Source of the DNA: Minutocellus sp. GHC0000111 | Lineage: Eukaryota | Length of the DNA stretch: 64,000 bases | Direction of reading: 5' to 3' | NCBI GenBank assembly: GCA_977018835.1 | Contig: OZ361258.1 | Coordinates: forward strand, 1,116,001 to 1,180,000 | In this document: positions 1 to 11,875 of the stretch, piece by piece | Layout: every line of letters begins with the position of its first letter | Numbering within the stretch: the stretch's first letter is position 1 | Made by a program: the position numbers and the translations under genes | Notes under the pieces: model-generated | The model's database searches: none | Seen by the model: the letters and a program-made list of their open reading frames with translations, nothing else | Told to the model about the DNA's origin: nothing

Positions 1-34
1 CAAATCAATGCCCCCTTTCGAGAAATCAAACTAG

Positions 35-3000
35 TCAAGTAAATATATGGCTTACCATATCATCCCCAAGCTCGACACAGAGCCCAGGAGCTCCCTTTGG
101 AGTCAATTGTCCCTCCCCAAACGCCCAAATTTGTTTCGGGTTTGACGCATCACAAGGTTTTAATCCGAGGCCAATGAAATCTTCATTGTATAGAGATTCA
201 ATACACAGCGACTTGTCTTCGTTGAGAACGACCATAATATTTTCTTCAGAGAATTCGTGCATGTTTCTTGAGCAAGTATCGACACCGAACGCCTCCCACC
301 TTTGGTGGTATCCACCGACACATTCAGCTAGTGATACACTTTCGGGGTCCCATCTATCGTTGGAGTGAGCCTCGGCACAGAATGCTTCAGAACCAAAAAA
401 AACGGCGACGGCATTGTGAGATAATTCCATAGTTCCTGAATCATTTAGACGCCAGACTTGGCGGTCTGAATGTGGATTGCGCTTGGCAAGACGAAGGACT
501 TTGGAAAGCAGGAAGAAGTGAAGGCATTGCCATTAGAAGCGAAATGTATCAAACTCACATAGTAGGATCAAGTTCAATGCTGGCCTCGACATTTCTCACC
601 TGGACTATCCAACCACTTGCCCCCATGTCCAAAATCTAAGCAGGATTTAAGATGTACCTTGGGCCGTATGGCCACACCATCATCATTGCTTTCAATGAAC
701 CACAACTGAGAATCTTTTTCTTCTCCCCAATCCTCAGAACATCGATGAAGATGGACATTCAATGCCCTAGAACATTCAATGCCCTAGAATTTGCTTTCTT
801 TGGCTCTACTCTCAAACACCTATCATGAAATTTGATGACGCTAAACTCGTCCTCTTGCGGCTTTGGAGCCGGCCAGGGTCCATGGTATTGGTCAGCTGGG
901 ATGGCTAGGAACTCTTGGTGCTCCATGTTGGTATTACAATCTCTGAATGTAAAGACAGGATCAGCCTCAACATCACCTCCATCTCCCGAACGCGAGTCTG
1001 AACTCCCAAGTCCGTAGGAAAGACACAAACCTTTGCCATTTGTTACTTCGTGGTTCCACCGATTATTGTACGTGTACTTTGTTTCTGAGCGGGGTAGTCT
1101 GACCATGTCATCTTCAATGCGAAATTTCTGCCGTGCTCTACTTGAATCGCACCGAGATCTCTTGAGCTGCCCATTGACTCCTTCTTCGACGCAATAATTC
1201 ATGAAATATTCAGAAACGATGAGGACAAGATCGCCTGTCTGTATGTTTTGTTCAAAGTGAGAAATGTTCGGTGTGGGCTCCTCGTACTCTGTGGGATCTA
1301 CTAGGAGGAACGGAGTAAATCGGTCATCATATCTTTCATCGTAGATACTCAAGGTCGTACCAGGAGTAGTCCAGGCGTCCTCGCTGATACTCATGGAATA
1401 GCTTTGAGTCGGAGCGAAGCCCGCAAAGACGTCCTTTGTGTCATGGTCATAACCGTAAAAATACGAAGAAATTTTGCCACGAGACGAGATCTTGCTGGTA
1501 TCCCATAATTGAGAGAAACTACCATCAACACACTGTCCTAAGCGAAGAAGAGTCTTCTCCCTGTCATCTCCTAGCCCCTTTGACTCAAGTGAATTAATGT
1601 CCAGGCCCATTTGTACTGTGTAGCGACCAACACACAAGGTCAAGTCATCACTCGATCGCCAAACGACTTTATTTCTGCCCTCCTCGATGAAAAAATACTG
1701 GCGAACATCTATCGCATCGCACTCGGCTACAACAATGTCTCTCCCTGAGGCAACCGTATCACCTGCAGACACACAAAGACTTCGATCTTGTCTCAATACC
1801 ATCATCAACGGTGTATCATCGGGGCTGTCGCCATAACTGATCGAGGGCTTGTACAAGGCAGGACTCACTGCATCCCATTCAAATCTCTGAGGAAACCTAA
1901 GACTAAGCAATTCTATGCTGCTACCAAGAAGGGAAGATCCGTCGGAATACCCCACCAAAATTGGTGGCCATTCATGCATAACATGGGAGTATATCGTTGC
2001 TCTTCGGCGTGTCCACAGCTGAAATCTGTTGCCGTTCTGACATGGCTCGAGGTACAAGTCAATCGGTATGTTTTCTGGGTTAAAGTCTCGCGAATCCACA
2101 GCAATATCGACCACGCCATCGATTGATGATATCCCTACGCATAAATTTTTATTGGAAGCTGGACGCCAAATTCGAGGGTTGTCAGCATCACGCTTTCCCG
2201 GTGGAATGAAAAACCACTGCTGCAGAGGATTGTCTGATTCACAGCTGGCAATCTCAAGTGGCTGTCCCTCAGCAACTCTATTTTTCACTGCCATACAATA
2301 CTTGTCAACATGACCAAGCACAAGAAGCACAGGCAAATCGCCGGGGCTGTTACCATACCAATTGGGGTAGCCAGGGGCTACATACCTCTCGGGGTCTCTC
2401 TCTATCCATCCGGAAAATTGTTTGTATTGTGGCAATAAGTCGACCGCCTTTCCATCAGGGAATCCTGGTTCACCTTCGTATGATATGGCCATGGTGCTGA
2501 AAGTTTGCTCAGTGCGCAAGAATTGATCCCATCGCTGCCGCGGATTTTTCAGCTTGCAAGTCTCAAGCTTTGGTCGCAAGCCCCTTGTAGATTTGACTGC
2601 CTCTTCCGCCTCCTCTGCTGTACAGCTCCCATCGTTGTATGCATCTCGATCAATACAACGAGGAGCACCTGAAATACCAACGCACAACGTCAGATCTTTC
2701 TTTGGTCTCCACCTCTTGTCGCTCTCAAAGTACCATACTTGACTATCATCGTTGGGATCGCACGGTCTCATTGTAAGTTCTCTTCTTACTTTGACACCAT
2801 CGTCTGCCGATATGCAGAAGTTCTGATCATCCTCCAACGCCAGCAGCATGGGTTTGTCAGCTGGATCATTTCCGTACCAGTCCATCGTTAGCGGCGACCA
2901 TAGCGCACGATCGACTTGTATGGGGGTGGCTTCACCCCGTCCACTTCCTCGAATCGTACCGGCCTTCTGCCTGCCACCGCCGGCGCCACCGCGGGCTAAT

Positions 3001-3080
3001 GAGCCGCCGGCTAATGAAGCTACCAGAAGTAGCAGGGTGAGGCGGCTGAGCTGTCGAGACATGCGCATGTGATTTGTCAT
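35..3080 (-). pseudogene. Secreted multi-ricin-B (beta-trefoil, QxW-repeat) lectin-like protein, frameshifted; probably continues beyond the window start
   Basis: Hydrophobic signal peptide (LTLLLLVASLAGG). Repeated C-x-x...C...QxW units (QVW, QRW, QQW, QLW, QIW). A 17-bp tandem duplication at 755-788 shifts the frame. GT-AG intron 499-599 joins ...WLDSP/VLRLAKRNPHSDRQVW. A further GTAAG donor near 50-55 suggests more exons off-window. Confidence 0.75.
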
Positions 3081-3491
3081 GTTATTGAATTAATTCTTGT
3101 AGCTGTTATAAATTGTAGTTTGATTGTTGTGAATGAGGTGCAGTCGCATCATCGTTGTGAATGAGTTCTTTCCCACCTTGTTGACTGCCATGCCTTCTCG
3201 TGTTCGTTTTTGCAGTGAAGAAGTCAAGTGATGATGCCTCCTCTCGACTTACTCGACTCGAAATATGGGACTTGCCCCACGAACGGATTACGAGCCGTAC
3301 GTGTCGTACGTACGCCAGAAGAAAGGAGCAGTCAACTTGACTTCCTACTTTTGCTCACACCCACGAGTGAACCATCTTGCTTGATCGGAGAGTGCCCCGA
3401 ATCAATCATCCAATTCGATCAGTCCTACTTTTGTTGGATATGGTCGAGTATCCAAGTAACAGAAGCATCTATCTGCATTCAATCATTCACA

Positions 3492-4397
3492 ATGAACTCA
3501 TCGACATCATTCTCATCAGAGGGCGAGGATATGACATCGTCATCGATCTTTTCCAATTCGTCGCCCAAGAGCGTCGCTTGCATCAGCAGTCGTTTTGATC
3601 CCAGCCGCCTTGGCCAGTACCCACAAAAACTCTATCTTCCAAATAGTGTCGAAGAAGATTTCGATGGGAGTAAATCTGTCACTTCGGTGGCTTCAACTGC
3701 AACTACTACATCTTCTTTCACTACTGCTGGCTACAATGTCAATACCGAGCGAGCCAATCTTGTCCATACGGTAAACGAAAACGACGTCCTCTGTGGCCGT
3801 GGCAGAGGACCTGCCGGACACACCGGAAATGTCCGATTCCACGAGCTGGTTGCAGAAAAGCGCATGGCATACTTGACATGCACTGATCGAAAGGAGAAGG
3901 CCAATATTTGCGAAGAAATCATTGACGTGGTCAAGCGCAGTGGTGGACGATTTCTCAAAAAGATATTGGGAAGCCGTAGCAAGGCAAGTCCAAAGCTCTG
4001 GAAAATTGTCGATGATGCAAAAGCAAAGGCCAAGACTGGTCAGGCACTCAGAGAAGGATATACCAGAGAGACCGTGCTTCGAGCACAACTTCTCGCAAGT
4101 GTGGCTGATGCTGCAATAACATCAACCAGCAACAATAAGAGGAGCCACGCCGCAGATACCGAGGAGATTAGGAGCCACAAGAAGGCACGATATGATCAGA
4201 CTGATCAGATGAACGAGTTTCCCGTGCCAGTGCCGATGTGCTATGATGATGTACATTCAGCGGCGAAAGAGATTAGAACCCCGGCCCTCCCAGTCAAAGC
4301 CCTCCCTCTCAAGAAGCAGATCATGCGAAGGATGAAGGTGGATCTACTTCGCCAGAATCAACTTTATGCATTCCATGCGCTCAGGGGATGCCTTTGA
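3492..4397 (+). CDS. DUF6824-type (DVLCGRG...GN.RF) diatom putative transcription regulator
   Basis: Motif NDVLCGRGRGPAGHTGNVRFHELV...IIDVVKRSGGRFLK...W...A.AKTGQALRE. ORF is open from 3228; ATG at 3492 chosen as the likely start. Confidence 0.8.
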   Translation: MNSSTSFSSEGEDMTSSSIFSNSSPKSVACISSRFDPSRLGQYPQKLYLPNSVEEDFDGSKSVTSVASTATTTSSFTTAGYNVNTERANLVHTVNENDVLCGRGRGPAGHTGNVRFHELVAEKRMAYLTCTDRKEKANICEEIIDVVKRSGGRFLKKILGSRSKASPKLWKIVDDAKAKAKTGQALREGYTRETVLRAQLLASVADAAITSTSNNKRSHAADTEEIRSHKKARYDQTDQMNEFPVPVPMCYDDVHSAAKEIRTPALPVKALPLKKQIMRRMKVDLLRQNQLYAFHALRGCL

Positions 4398-4825
4398 GAG
4401 GTATCAGCAGTACAAATGTTGATGATATGTACATGCCGCATACTAGATCTGGACTAGCTAGAGTAATAGAACATATTAGATTATTCTTATAGGGACAATA
4501 ATTAAAATACGTACATGTAGAGAAATATTCGATCTATCACTACATCTCAGCTCAATGGACGAGTCCTCGAGAGGATCCCATCATGTGGCTGGGATCTCAT
4601 TGGAATTCCGCATGATAGGATTGGTTCCAATAATGCTTAACATAGAATATAATAGAATAGAATGTAGAACTGTAACAATTACAGTTGATATAAGTATATA
4701 AAGAATAGGAACAAATTACATGTGCTCGTTGTGCTCTTCACTGGAAATCTCTACCTAAAAAAGCGATGTGTCCCTGTGTCCCGTCCCAGACAAAGCAACT
4801 CGCTAGAGAATTGCACCGAACGAGT

Positions 4826-6507
4826 TTAAACAATAACGAAGGATGCAATGAATAGAGAGGCAGCGGTAATTAAGATAGAAGAATGATTATTCAAGCATTT
4901 CGGAAGAAAAGCCCCGCTCGTTACCTCTCCCGTGGTCGACGTCTCAAGATCTGCAATGTCAACAACTAAATCCATCAGGTTTTCGGGGCAGCTCCGATCG
5001 TACCCGGTGGTGAAAGGTACGGCACGTAGCAACCCAGCATCCTTCCACGCCGTGCACTCCTCGACGCTGTAGGAGGCCACGATTCCGCCGCCATTGGTGC
5101 CACCACTCTCTTTCAAGCAGAATGTGGTAGCGTGGACATTGTCCGGATCGAAGAGAACGTCGACGACCTGATTGGCCGGGGCTGGAGCAGAGTACCGGAC
5201 GCCCTCAAAGGGCGTGGGGCCTGGTCCACCGGGATTGTAGAGTCCGTTCCCTTTCGCAAAAGCCACAACGCTCACCCCTTCAAGGGTATTGACATCCCCT
5301 TCCACCAGAAGGGTAATGTCGATGTAATTGTCGGTGTCTTCTGAGTAGCACAGGTCGTATCCCTCCTCTTGAAGGAGGCCGAGATCGGCTAGGCCCAGGA
5401 CGGTTACCCGGGCTTGCGTGTCCGAGGGACCAGTCACCACGGTGGGTACGTTCTCGTCACCAATAGCAATGGCATTGGCTCCATCACCTGGGAACTGGAG
5501 AGAAAAGTACTCCGAAAATTGATCCGGCCGCAGTTCGGTGACGCCGTCCGGTGTCATGCCGCCAGAGTAGAAGAGGCGTAGGCGGTAGTGCCCGTACTCG
5601 GAGTCCGCTTGATTTGGGGAGGAAGCCTCTTTATTCACGAACAGGTCGACACCAGAATTGTTGGCCGCTCCTCTGATAGCCGATCCCTCGCCGTCGTTGG
5701 TCAGAGGCGAAAGGCGGGCCCCTACGAAGACGGGCCCCCCTCCCAAGAGGTCGTACGGGGTTTCGTCCGGAAGGGCCGTCCTTTTCAGTCCCCTTCCGGA
5801 CACCAACCGTCCGCCGGGACCGACGAAGAGCAGGTCGCCGACGATTTCCAGGCTCTCCATGCCCAGCCGGCCGTCCTCGCCGGGCAGGGCGCGGTTGATG
5901 AAGTCGTCGAAGATCACCAGGCAGTGATGCTCGTTGAACTCGTCGTTGGGGACGGTGGAGATGCACGAAGGGTGGAACTCCTCGCCGTCGCTCCGTCGGT
6001 ACAGGAGGTGCTCCCTCTGGACGGAACACGGGAGGACCGGCCAGGAGAAGCAGACGGGGAACCCGTCGAAGGCGTCCGGGGTCCGGTCGCAGTCCCAGAC
6101 CGCCATGGTGGCCATTGCCAGCTGGCCGCCGAACCGGGTCTGGCCTGAGATGTCCTCGAGGGTGGCAGGACATTCGTCGAGGGCCTCGTAGGCGGAGTCC
6201 CACGCCAGGCCGAGGGCGAGGGCGTCGGCCTTGGTCAGCGTCGCGTTGTTGCCGACGCCCGCAGCCGTGTCGACGCCGATGGACCCCTCGAAGCCGACGC
6301 TGGCCGAGAGGATCTCCAGCCGGGACGAGAAGAGATCGGCAGCGATGATGGCATCTCGGTCGGACAGTGCAAGGGAAAGGTGAAGGGGGGGCCCGGTTCC
6401 GCTGCTGCGCCTGCCTGCTGCGCCGAGCACCGGGGTCTGGCGAACACGAGCAGGATCAGGAGCAGGGGCAGGAACGACGGCTGAAGCAAGCGGACGCCGA
6501 CGGACAT
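4826..6507 (-). CDS. Uncharacterised secreted/GPI-anchored-type protein; signal peptide lies in a different frame from the main ORF (frameshift near 6370-6395)
   Basis: ATG at 6507 gives MSVGVRLLQPSFLPLLLILLVFARPRCSA. The main 534-aa ORF has globular motifs (DGFPVCFSWPVLP, LFYSGGMTPDGV, LGLADLG, EDTDNYIDI, YNPGGPG) and a hydrophobic C-terminal tail. Confidence 0.6.
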
Positions 6508-6903
6508 TTGAGGAGGCGTACTAGTAGGTAATTGATTATTGGCTGCAGGGATGATGATTCTATATTCTAATGCGATCGTACAGGTATCTTTCGGATAGTT
6601 TTCGGATAAATGAAGAGTCTTTGTGAAGTGCTGCTGCTGTGCTGCTGCGCGACACGCCGACCACGCACAAGAAGACGATGATGTCGCCTGTCTTTTTTGT
6701 TCGGCTTCTACATACATACTATCAATCGAGTGAGTCCATCCCGACAGATTACTGCTCCCTTGCGAAGCCGCCTAACGTACGTATCCACGTACGTACAAAG
6801 TTCGAGTGGCCGGCAGGCTCGAGAATGGTGAGGCCGGCCGGCGCGGCGGCGGCGCGAACACGCTGGGCAGACTAGACCCTGCCAAAAAGCCAAGGAGGGA
6901 GCC

Positions 6904-9900
6904 ATGAGTGGTATCGTCCGCTTCTTCGACTCGTCGCTGCCCCTGTGGGAGGCTGCCGATGGCGCTGCTCCCACTGCTGCTGGTGGAACTGTCGGCGGTG
7001 CTAGCGGAGATCAGACAGCGGCGGCGGCGGCGGCGCCAGCACAAGAGCATGGACAGCAAGTTGAGAATGATGATGGTGATGGCCCATCCTCTCGTGCCGG
7101 TTCTGGACCGGCAAACATTTCCGGTGCTGGCGATACTGCAAATGCAAATGCAAATGCAAACGATCCTTCTTCCACCAGTGCAAATTCAGAGAATGCCGGT
7201 GCGTCGAAGGATGATAATGGCGCCGCCGATGGTCAATCGGCTCCGTCGTCGAAACCAGGACCGACAATGAGCGTGGAGCAGTACGGCCAATCTCTCATAC
7301 CAACAGCCAGCGCCGATGCTGAGAATTCTGGAACGGTGGATACCGCCGCTGCAGATACCGGCGCTGTGACTGGCGACAATGTCACGATGGAAGTTGAACA
7401 GCCTGCAGCTCCTGCCGCTACTTCTAATGCACCATCCCTCACGTACGAGGAGTGGTCGGCCCTCCGCCGCAAAGCCTTTGAAAGGTACATGAACCGTCGC
7501 ATGGTCAGCCCTTCCTCGTCGTCTTCCTCGCAGTCATCGTCGTCGTCGACAAGTGATGGAAACAACAGAACGAAAAAGTCCAAGGGTGCAAAGGGTGACG
7601 GATCGCCGTCCCAAGATACGGCCGAGTCCTCTCTTTTGCTGTCGGCCTCATCTGGGTCGCCCGCCAGCAGTACCGGCTTGCTAAGTAGCATCGACGGCAG
7701 TCCAATGAAGCAGCAGTCTTTGGATAGTCCTGACGGCCGCAAGAAGGCGGATGCCGAGGCGGAGGGCAAGGGCGGTGGTGATGATGATGATGAAAGTCAC
7801 AATTCCATCGACGGGTCTCCCCTTCCAGAGTATGCTGCCGCCGAAGCCGATGGCGACGAGGATGGCGATGAAGTCATGGACGAGTCCATGTTCGACGATG
7901 CCGACATTCCCGAGACGGACATCTTCCAGGTCTTTGAGGACGATGCCGACTACCATCATGGCCGGGACCGTCCTCTGGAAACGCAGCCCGAGACGCAAGA
8001 GCAGATGCTGCCGGAAACGCAGGAGGATCCGCCCCTCCCGGTGCAGCAGTCGCAGAGCCAGTCACCCGAATCTATGTCGCAGTCTCAATCGCAATCGCAA
8101 TCTGAGTCGCAATCACAGATGATGGATACGCAGCCGCTGTTGGAGAGTCAGCCGGAAACTCAGCAGGAGGTAGGCGTCATGATGCTGGGTCAGGACAGTC
8201 AGCAAGATGACGACGACGACGAGGAGGAGGAGGAGGAAGACGTGGACGACCTGCCCGATACTCAAGATGCGACCCAGAAAAGTCCTAACGTGGTTCCCAT
8301 GGACGTGGAGGTTGCCGCCAACGTTGTTCCAGAATCAAGTACCAAGAAGAGAAAGAAGAGCGACAAGAAGAAGTCCGGTAAAAAGAAGAAGGAGGGGGAG
8401 GATGCCAATCGACGGAGGAGGAAGGATCGGCGCAAGATTCTGCACGAATCGCAGACGAGAGGTACGGCCAACACGGTGGAGCAGATCAACCTTCGCGTCC
8501 ACACGGTCAACCTTGGTCCGTGCCGTGTGGTGACCGCCTGGCCACTTCGCAAAACTAAGCGTCTGCATTGGCAGGCCGATACCGATTCTGCTCCTACCGC
8601 TTCAGCCAACGGCCATGAGGAGAATGGTACTGCCGCGCCAGCCAAGGGCATGGGTGGACTTCGGATACTGACCAGTCCCTATAAGGACTTTGAGGATGAT
8701 GGTCCGCTGGGCAACATCTACCGCTCGGTCCTCACTCTCGAGGTGGAGGAGGTCGTCGACGAGGAAAGGGAGGAGGCCCTACGAGAGCAGAGAAGACTCT
8801 TCCAACGACCATTTGAGTTGACCGACGATGTAGATGAGGAGGAGGCTTTTGACAAAACCAAGTATTCCGCTTACAAGACAGCGGTGCTCACCGCCAAGAC
8901 CAAGCGTCGCACCCGAGTATTTCTTTATGGCAAGTACGCCACCAAAGTGTCTCGTCTCCTGTCGGAATGGAAGTATCGCCTTACACCCAACAGCAAGACC
9001 TGTGCACTGGCCGGTGAGGGCAGAGAGGAAGTTTTGCTCTCGCTCAACAATGTCCCAGCCCGCTGTGTCCTTCCGTACTATGGTCGAACCTCCTCGGAAG
9101 CCCCCATACTTGACAACGAGCTTGGCCGATGCTCTAGGTATTGCCTCTGCATTGGCTCGAACTCCCACATGATGGTAACGAGTGAGGATGCTGAAGACGG
9201 AGAGAAGGAACGCTTCGATACGGTCAACTCGGTAGGCAGTGCCGCCGATCTGGAGATGAGAATCGTCATGGTCCGAAAAGAAGCGATGGCAGCTGTTGTC
9301 GGATCGCCTTCTCAGGTTGAGATACAAGTGCAGCATAGTGCGCCAAGTTCCACCTTCAAGAGCACTGCAGAGTCTATTCTGAGCCTATCAGCCATTGAAA
9401 GAAAGGAATCGGAGGGTACCGGACCGAACGCCTCTGATCTTGCTGCTCGTTACAGCGAGATCATTGTGAAAAAGGAGAAGAGGATGCAACAATTGATCGA
9501 TGAAGCCAGAGGCGAAGGTAGCAATAAGGATCAAGATGAGAATGTGGATGCAGCCCAGGGACAAGGAGCGGGTGGAAACGAGACTGGCGATCAGGCTGAA
9601 GCTCCCGTTGCGAACCCTGAGGAAGGGACTGCTGGCGAAGAGGGCGAGCAAGCGAGAAAGCGAAGACGCACATCGGTCCGTTATCACACGTTGGTAGGTC
9701 AATATTTGCTTTCTTCTTTCTATCTTTATCTTTTCCACTGATGACTTGCTCACCTTTTCGATGCACCTTTTCGATGCATTCATTCGATGCCATATTCATC
9801 AACACAGGCCGAGCTGCAACCATTCCTTGACGCCCTCAAGTCAAGAAAACAAGACATGCAGTCTGGAAGGCGTGCCTTCCATCGTTTTGATGACTCGACG

Positions 9901-11802
9901 AACGTTTATGCCATTGCTTTGAGTTCTTCTGCACCCTATCGGACGAAAAGAGGTGACTGGATGGTCAGTGTCCTCCTCATCGATGAGTCTCTTCCTCCCA
10001 CCAAACTTGTCAATGACTCCAACGAGAACAATTCGAATGCTGACAACACCCCGGCAAACCCATCGGCACATATCTACGTCCCATCGATCTCAATTAATAT
10101 ATTTCATCCAGACAAGTCCAAGCTGCCCGTAATCCGGTATGCTGGCGACGTCATCAGAGCGCATAGAGTCGCTGTGCAGGAATACAATGGCGATATCCAG
10201 CTCGTCGGCCGTCGCAACAGCTCATTTTACGTCGTCAGACCTCGTAATGAAAAGCTTATGATGGAAAATCCGCAGGGTCAGGGCTGGGTTGAATCCTACA
10301 CGGCGAGCAAACCGTCCATGCTTGACGTCGATGACTATCTACGAATGAGAGAACTTTGGCGCTGGGGCCGCAAGCGCTTCGGTGAGCACCCGATACTCCA
10401 TGGCAAAGAACGCATTTCGATAGCCGACGTTGGGCCGGTAGACGACTTGGAACGAGCAATGGCTGGTGTTCCGATAGAACGGACGGTAACAAATGGCGAT
10501 CTCATCGCCATGGTAACTGCAATCATTCCACAGCCACCCGAACAAGTCAGCGATCGAACTCCAAGGGCATTTCTTCGCTTGTGGGACGGAGCTGGCCGTC
10601 CCGAGTCTGATCCAATCCTCGTCGACAGTCTTGCCGCGAGACAAGCGATCCAAGAGGGAGATCCACCTTCCTCGGTCCTCACAGCAATTAGCGAAATTGT
10701 ACCTACTCTAACAAAAGGTGTCGGCGGTGACGGCGAAAGCGAAGGCTTTGAGCCTCCCAAGTGTCTTTGCGGACGAGTAGTCAACGTGGCTATCTGGGAG
10801 GCAGAACAGTGGGAGCGGATTCGAAGCAATGAAAGTGGCATTCGAGTTGGAAAGTTTGTCCGGCTGAAGAACGTCAATGATGGTCGTCTTGGTGCAGAGA
10901 ATCCCAAGCGATGTAAGTTTTATTGGATTTGTCGCTCCAGCTTGCGCGTTCGCCATATATTTTGTCGTCATTTCTCACAAACATTTTCTCTCTCTTTCTC
11001 TCTCCCCTTCTCTCTTCGACAAAATATTGCAGGCCTTATGGCTCACCAGAGGACGTCCATTGTTCCTGTGCCGGACCAATCGTTCGAGGTCAGGTCTCTT
11101 TTGCGGACACACAATGCTCGTATTATCAGGAAAGACCCACCCAATCCGAGCAGTGGTATCCTTCCTCTATCAGTACCGGCAGTCGAGGAGGCCGAAGCTT
11201 CTCGAGATGCCGAGGCCGCCGATGCGCAAGATCCTGCTGCCGAAACGAATAGACAGGGACCAAGCCCTGCAGTTGTCGCCGAGCCCCATGTTGCCCAACC
11301 TTCGTACCAGGCCGCCGCAACCGACACTGAGGAATTGTTTACGCTGGCCGAAGTGATTGGCGGCCCAGACGAGACCGAACCAGCAACCTTCAAGTCGCGT
11401 TTTACGGTCTACGGTACCATCCCTGAGGTCGATGTTGAGTCGGGTGACGGATTCAAAGATCTGTACGTACCGGCAGATCCGGACGACGAGACATCGGAAG
11501 AATTGGCTTATGAATTCAGTCTGAGTATCCGAGATGATTCGGCCGAAATCAATGTCATTGTACTGAACGACGTCGCCGAGACGTTCTTCATGTCCGTCAC
11601 TGCGTCGGACGTATGCAAGAAGGGTGGAACCCGGGGCGGTCGTCGGCGTCCCAAAGAATTCAATCGAGGCTTGAAAGACCTCAAAGCTGTTCTCGCTAAA
11701 GACGCGGTGTGGGAAGGGGACATTTGCACAGCCATTCTCGAAGATGAAAAGTTTTTTGTGTTGAAGTCGCTGACGCGAGTCAACGACGAAACGGGGGCAT
11801 AG
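6904..11802 (+). CDS. POT1: POT1-like telomeric ssDNA-binding OB-fold protein with a long acidic N-terminal extension
   Basis: OB1-like segment NVYAIALSSSAPYRTKRGDWMVSVLLIDES...SINIF....LPVIRYAGDVIRAHRV..QEYNGDIQLVG; second OB with LRLWDG...VGKFVRLKNV; C-terminal OB (FSLSIRDDSAEINVIV). Introns 9694-9807 and 10913-11032 (GT-AG) join the ORFs in frame. Confidence 0.75.
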
Positions 11803-11875
11803 ATAGATATTCATGATGTCTAAAGATTTGCTTATGTATGTATGGATTTGATCAGAGTGAGTTTTTGCTGCTCGT

